A stretch of DNA of 32,000 bases, taken from Geobacter metallireducens GS-15 (GTDB lineage: Bacteria; Desulfobacterota; Desulfuromonadia; Geobacterales; Geobacteraceae). The stretch covers positions 660,001 to 692,000 of the forward strand of contig NC_007517.1 in the NCBI RefSeq assembly GCF_000012925.1, given 5' to 3'. Below, piece by piece: positions 24,239-32,000 of this stretch. Position 1 is the stretch's first letter. Each line of letters starts with the position of its first letter. A program made the position numbers and the translations under genes. The notes under the pieces are model-generated. The model saw nothing but the letters and a program-made list of their open reading frames with translations, was not told where the DNA came from and did not search any database.

Positions 24239-24766
24239 ATGGCAAAAAAGTGGTACGGGGTCCATACGTACTCCGGATTTGAAAATAAAGTAAGGCTCTC
24301 CCTTTCTGAACGAATAAAGAACCTTGGCCTGGAGGAGTCTTTCGGCGAGATTCTTATTCCTTCAGAAACAGTGGTAGAGTTGAAAAAGGGGGAGAAGAAG
24401 ACTTCCTCCCGCAAGTTTTTTCCTGGCTATATCCTTGTCAACATGGAGTTGAGCGATGAGACATGGCATGTAGTGAAGGAAACCTCCAAGGTTACTGGAT
24501 TTGTCGGGGGGAATAACCCTTTTGCCATACCTGACGAAGAGGTTGCGAAGATCACCCGTAGGATGGAAGAGGGTGCTGAGAAGCCCCGACCCAAGGTTCA
24601 ATTCGAGGTTGGAGAGACTGTTCGGGTGGTTGATGGTCCGTTCCTTAACTTTACTGGAGTCGTAGAAGATGTGAAGCCTGACAAGGGTAAACTCAGGGTT
24701 ATGGTCAGCATTTTCGGGCGCGCAACTCCTGTAGAGCTTGAGTTCATGCAGGTGGAAAAACAGTAG
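24239..24766 (+). CDS. nusG: Transcription termination/antitermination factor NusG
   Basis: [18 protein letters not shown]... (NGN domain) and a C-terminal KOW domain ([18 protein letters not shown]). Confidence 0.95.
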   Translation: MAKKWYGVHTYSGFENKVRLSLSERIKNLGLEESFGEILIPSETVVELKKGEKKTSSRKFFPGYILVNMELSDETWHVVKETSKVTGFVGGNNPFAIPDEEVAKITRRMEEGAEKPRPKVQFEVGETVRVVDGPFLNFTGVVEDVKPDKGKLRVMVSIFGRATPVELEFMQVEKQ

Positions 24767-24830
24767 GGGATAACCCTCTGTCAGATAAACGGTATATCCT
24801 TCTCTGAGGAGAAGAACAAGGAGCACGGCA

Positions 24831-25253
24831 ATGGCAAAGAAGATTACGGGATACATCAAGCTGCAGATTCCGGCGGGCAAAGCAAACCCTTCGCCCCCGA
24901 TCGGTCCGGCTCTGGGCCAGCATGGTGTCAATATCATGGAGTTCTGCAAGGCGTTCAATGCCAAGACCCAGGGCGACGAGGGGACCATTACTCCCGTTGT
25001 CATAACCGTCTACGCAGATCGTTCGTTCAGCTTTATCACCAAAGTGCCGCCCATGTCGGTTCTCATCAAGAAGGCGGTCGGAATTGAGAGCGGTTCCAGC
25101 GTGCCGAACAAGAACAAGGTCGGAACGTTGACTGCGGAGCAGGTGAAAGAGATCGCGGTCAAGAAAATGCCCGACATGAACGCTGCGTCGCTTGAAGCTG
25201 CCATGAGAACGGTCGAAGGGACCGCCCGCAGCATGGGCGTTGAAATTGTTTAA
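24831..25253 (+). CDS. rplK: 50S ribosomal protein L11
   Basis: [36 protein letters not shown]. Confidence 0.96.
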   Translation: MAKKITGYIKLQIPAGKANPSPPIGPALGQHGVNIMEFCKAFNAKTQGDEGTITPVVITVYADRSFSFITKVPPMSVLIKKAVGIESGSSVPNKNKVGTLTAEQVKEIAVKKMPDMNAASLEAAMRTVEGTARSMGVEIV

Positions 25254-25275
25254 TAGAGAAAGGGTGGATTGAGAG

Positions 25276-25980
25276 ATGCCGAAGACAGCGAAGAAGCATA
25301 GGGAAGCCTTGGCGAAGATAGACCGAAGCCGGACCTACCCCCTCGTTGAAGGTATAGAAAGTGTCAAGTCGGTAGCCTACGCCAAATTTGACGAGACCGT
25401 GGAGGTCGCTGTTCGGTTGGGCGTTGACCCCCGCCATGCCGATCAGATGGTTCGTGGCGCCGTAGTTCTGCCGAATGGCCTCGGCAAGGACGTCCGGGTA
25501 CTCGTTTTCGCCAAGGGCGAAAAGGAGAAGGAGGCCCGTGACGCCGGCGCTGACCATGTAGGCGCCGAAGACCTCGTTGCCAAGATCCAGGAGGGGTGGT
25601 TCGACTTCGACACCGCCATCGCGACTCCCGACATGATGGGTGTTGTCGGCAAGATCGGTAAGCTTCTTGGTCCCCGCGGGCTCATGCCGAACCCGAAGGT
25701 CGGCACGGTCACGTTTGATGTGGGCCGTGCGGTTAAGGAGTCCAAGGCCGGGAAGGTTGAATTCCGGGTCGAGAAGGCCGGTATTGTCCATGCGCCGGTC
25801 GGTAAGGCATCGTTTGATGCGGACAAGCTCAAGGAAAACCTTCTTGCGCTTGTGGAGGCGCTCGTTAAGGCGAAGCCGTCCGCAGCCAAGGGTACCTACA
25901 TCAAAAAGATCAGCCTCTCTTCCACCATGGGACCGGGGCTGAATCTGGATATCGCAGACGTCCAGTCGAAGCTTGTCTGA
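25276..25980 (+). CDS. rplA: 50S ribosomal protein L1
   Basis: [34 protein letters not shown]. 234 aa. Confidence 0.96.
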   Translation: MPKTAKKHREALAKIDRSRTYPLVEGIESVKSVAYAKFDETVEVAVRLGVDPRHADQMVRGAVVLPNGLGKDVRVLVFAKGEKEKEARDAGADHVGAEDLVAKIQEGWFDFDTAIATPDMMGVVGKIGKLLGPRGLMPNPKVGTVTFDVGRAVKESKAGKVEFRVEKAGIVHAPVGKASFDADKLKENLLALVEALVKAKPSAAKGTYIKKISLSSTMGPGLNLDIADVQSKLV

Positions 25981-26155
25981 GCATTAGGTATATAAAGCCA
26001 AAGTCAAAGACAGCAGGTGCCCGGGCAGCATCCGGGCTTAATGGCGCAGGCAGCCTGCCGAGACTTGTGGTAGTCACAGGAAAGTACTAAACCCCGCACT
26101 TTCTGACTTTGGCTGGGGCTTCGGCCCTCAACCCGAACAGAAAGGAGGAAGGCGC
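25981..26155 (+). promoter_or_regulatory. rplJ (L10) leader, likely the L10(L12)4 autoregulatory mRNA structure
   Basis: A 175-nt untranslated spacer with a perfect 10-bp long-range pairing, GCCAAAGTCA (25997-26006) with TGACTTTGGC (26104-26113). It also contains a GGGC-TTCG-GCCC hairpin at about 26116-26127. The position matches the known L10 leader. Confidence 0.55.
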
Positions 26156-26680
26156 TTGAATAGAGAAAACAAGCAACAACAGGTAGCGGAACTGCACGAA
26201 AAGCTTAAACGGGCTAAAGCAGTGTTTCTCGCCGATTTCCGTGGTATGAGCGTAGAGCAGGCAACGACCCTGAGAAATGAACTTCGTGCAGCTGCCGTTG
26301 AGTACAAGGTTGCCAAGAACACGTTGCTGGAGCTTGCGTCCAAGGAGACCGACAAGGAATCGCTCTCTCCCCACTACGCCGGTCCGACCGCCATTGCGTT
26401 CAGCTATGATGATCCGGTCGCAGCTGCTAAGGTTCTGTCAAAGTTTGCCAAAACCCAGGCCAACACCTTCAAGCTTAAGGCTGCCGTGCTGTCCGGCAAG
26501 CAGATCTCGGTCAGCGATATCCAGGCATTGGCCGATCTGCCGAGCCGTGAAGTACTTCTTGCGAAATTGCTTGGAACCATCAATGCTCCGGTTGCCAACT
26601 TTGTGGGCGTCCTGGCAGCAGTTCCGGGAAGTTTTGTTCGTGCGCTCAACGCAATCAAAATCCAAAAGGAAGGCAATTAG
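26156..26680 (+). CDS. rplJ: 50S ribosomal protein L10
   Basis: TTG start with RBS AAGGAGGA upstream. Contains [35 protein letters not shown]. Confidence 0.93.
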   Translation: MNRENKQQQVAELHEKLKRAKAVFLADFRGMSVEQATTLRNELRAAAVEYKVAKNTLLELASKETDKESLSPHYAGPTAIAFSYDDPVAAAKVLSKFAKTQANTFKLKAAVLSGKQISVSDIQALADLPSREVLLAKLLGTINAPVANFVGVLAAVPGSFVRALNAIKIQKEGN

Positions 26681-26729
26681 TCCTTCCTTTACATTCAACA
26701 ACGAACGTTATTAACGGAGGAATACAGAA

Positions 26730-27113
26730 ATGGCAGAAATCACCAAAGCCGATGTCGTTAGCTTCATTGAGAATATGACCGTTCTTGAGCTCTCTGAGCT
26801 CGTGAAAGAACTCGAAGAGAAGTTCGGTGTCTCCGCCGCTGCGCCGGTCGCCGTTGCCGCTGCCGCTGCTCCGGCCGCTGCCGCCGAGGCTGCTGAAGAA
26901 AAGACCGAGTTTGATATCATCCTCAAGAGTGCCGGTGCCAACAAAATCGGCGTTATCAAGGTTGTCCGTGCCCTCACCGGTCTTGGCCTCAAGGAAGCCA
27001 AGGACCTGGTCGACGGCGCTCCGAAGTCCGTCAAGACTGGCGTTTCCAAGGAAGAGGCAGAGGACGCCAAGAAGCAACTCGTTGAGTCCGGCGCTGAAGT
27101 CGAGATCAAGTAA
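26730..27113 (+). CDS. rplL: 50S ribosomal protein L7/L12
   Basis: Ala-rich hinge [23 protein letters not shown], then [27 protein letters not shown]. Confidence 0.97.
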   Translation: MAEITKADVVSFIENMTVLELSELVKELEEKFGVSAAAPVAVAAAAAPAAAAEAAEEKTEFDIILKSAGANKIGVIKVVRALTGLGLKEAKDLVDGAPKSVKTGVSKEEAEDAKKQLVESGAEVEIK

Positions 27114-27140
27114 GGCTCGAGTCTACTGCGTCAGCACATC

Positions 27141-27169
27141 AGCCAAGGCCGCTTCATGCGGCCTTGGCT
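27141..27169 (+). terminator. rplL-rpoB intergenic hairpin (partial terminator or attenuator)
   Basis: A 12-bp perfect stem, AGCCAAGGCCGC-ttcat-GCGGCCTTGGCT, followed by the T-rich sequence CTTCTATTTTA. An attenuator at this position is well known in E. coli. Confidence 0.7.
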
Positions 27170-27275
27170 CTTCTATTTTAGTTCCGAATTCGTATCCGCT
27201 GGCTCCGGGCAATATCGGAGAAGGCACTAAATCCAGGGGGTTAGAGGCTCCATGAGCCTCGCCAAAGGAGAAAAC

Positions 27276-31388
<4,113 letters not shown>

Positions 31389-31462
31389 AGTTGGTCATCC
31401 AAGACATTGACCGCCTGAACGATCACATGAGCAGCAGCCACTCCTAAACAGAGGAGGATTAG

Positions 31463-32000
<538 letters not shown>

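Overview
GC-rich bacterial chromosomal window, about 60% GC by eye. Every convincing gene is on the + strand. Gene content fits a Geobacter-type (Desulfuromonadota) genome.

The window splits into two parts.

(A) nt 1-12,700 is an accessory-looking cytochrome region.
- It opens with a System II cytochrome c maturation pair, a ResB-like 3' fragment and a CcsA/ResC-like gene, separated by a lipoprotein gene.
- Next come a LuxE-like adenylate-forming enzyme, a small membrane protein and a B12-binding radical SAM enzyme.
- A tandemly duplicated two-gene cassette follows. Each copy encodes a very large secreted multiheme c-type cytochrome (23 and 19 CXXCH motifs) and a 7-CXXCH partner cytochrome.
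- The large cytochromes are built from 67-aa triheme modules that resemble cytochrome c7. They end in a PKD-like domain and a Ser/Thr-rich C-terminal domain I cannot name.
- The two cassette copies are mosaics. One 542-nt tract differs at a single base, while the flanks are clearly diverged.
- The two copies appear to have different promoter types.

(B) nt 12,900-32,000 is conserved housekeeping DNA.
- Gene order is leuB, two tandem asd genes of different classes, truA, rplM-rpsI, argC, ygiQ, and a frameshifted orphan etfB remnant.
- Then comes the thrU-tyrU-glyT-thrT-tuf arrangement, followed by rpmG, tRNA-Trp, secE-nusG-rplKAJL-rpoB and the 5' end of rpoC.

I saw no rRNA, CRISPR array, transposase or integrase. 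The most interesting candidate is the duplicated modular cytochrome cassette together with its upstream maturation and modification genes. All family assignments come from motif recognition by eye and need HMM or BLAST confirmation.
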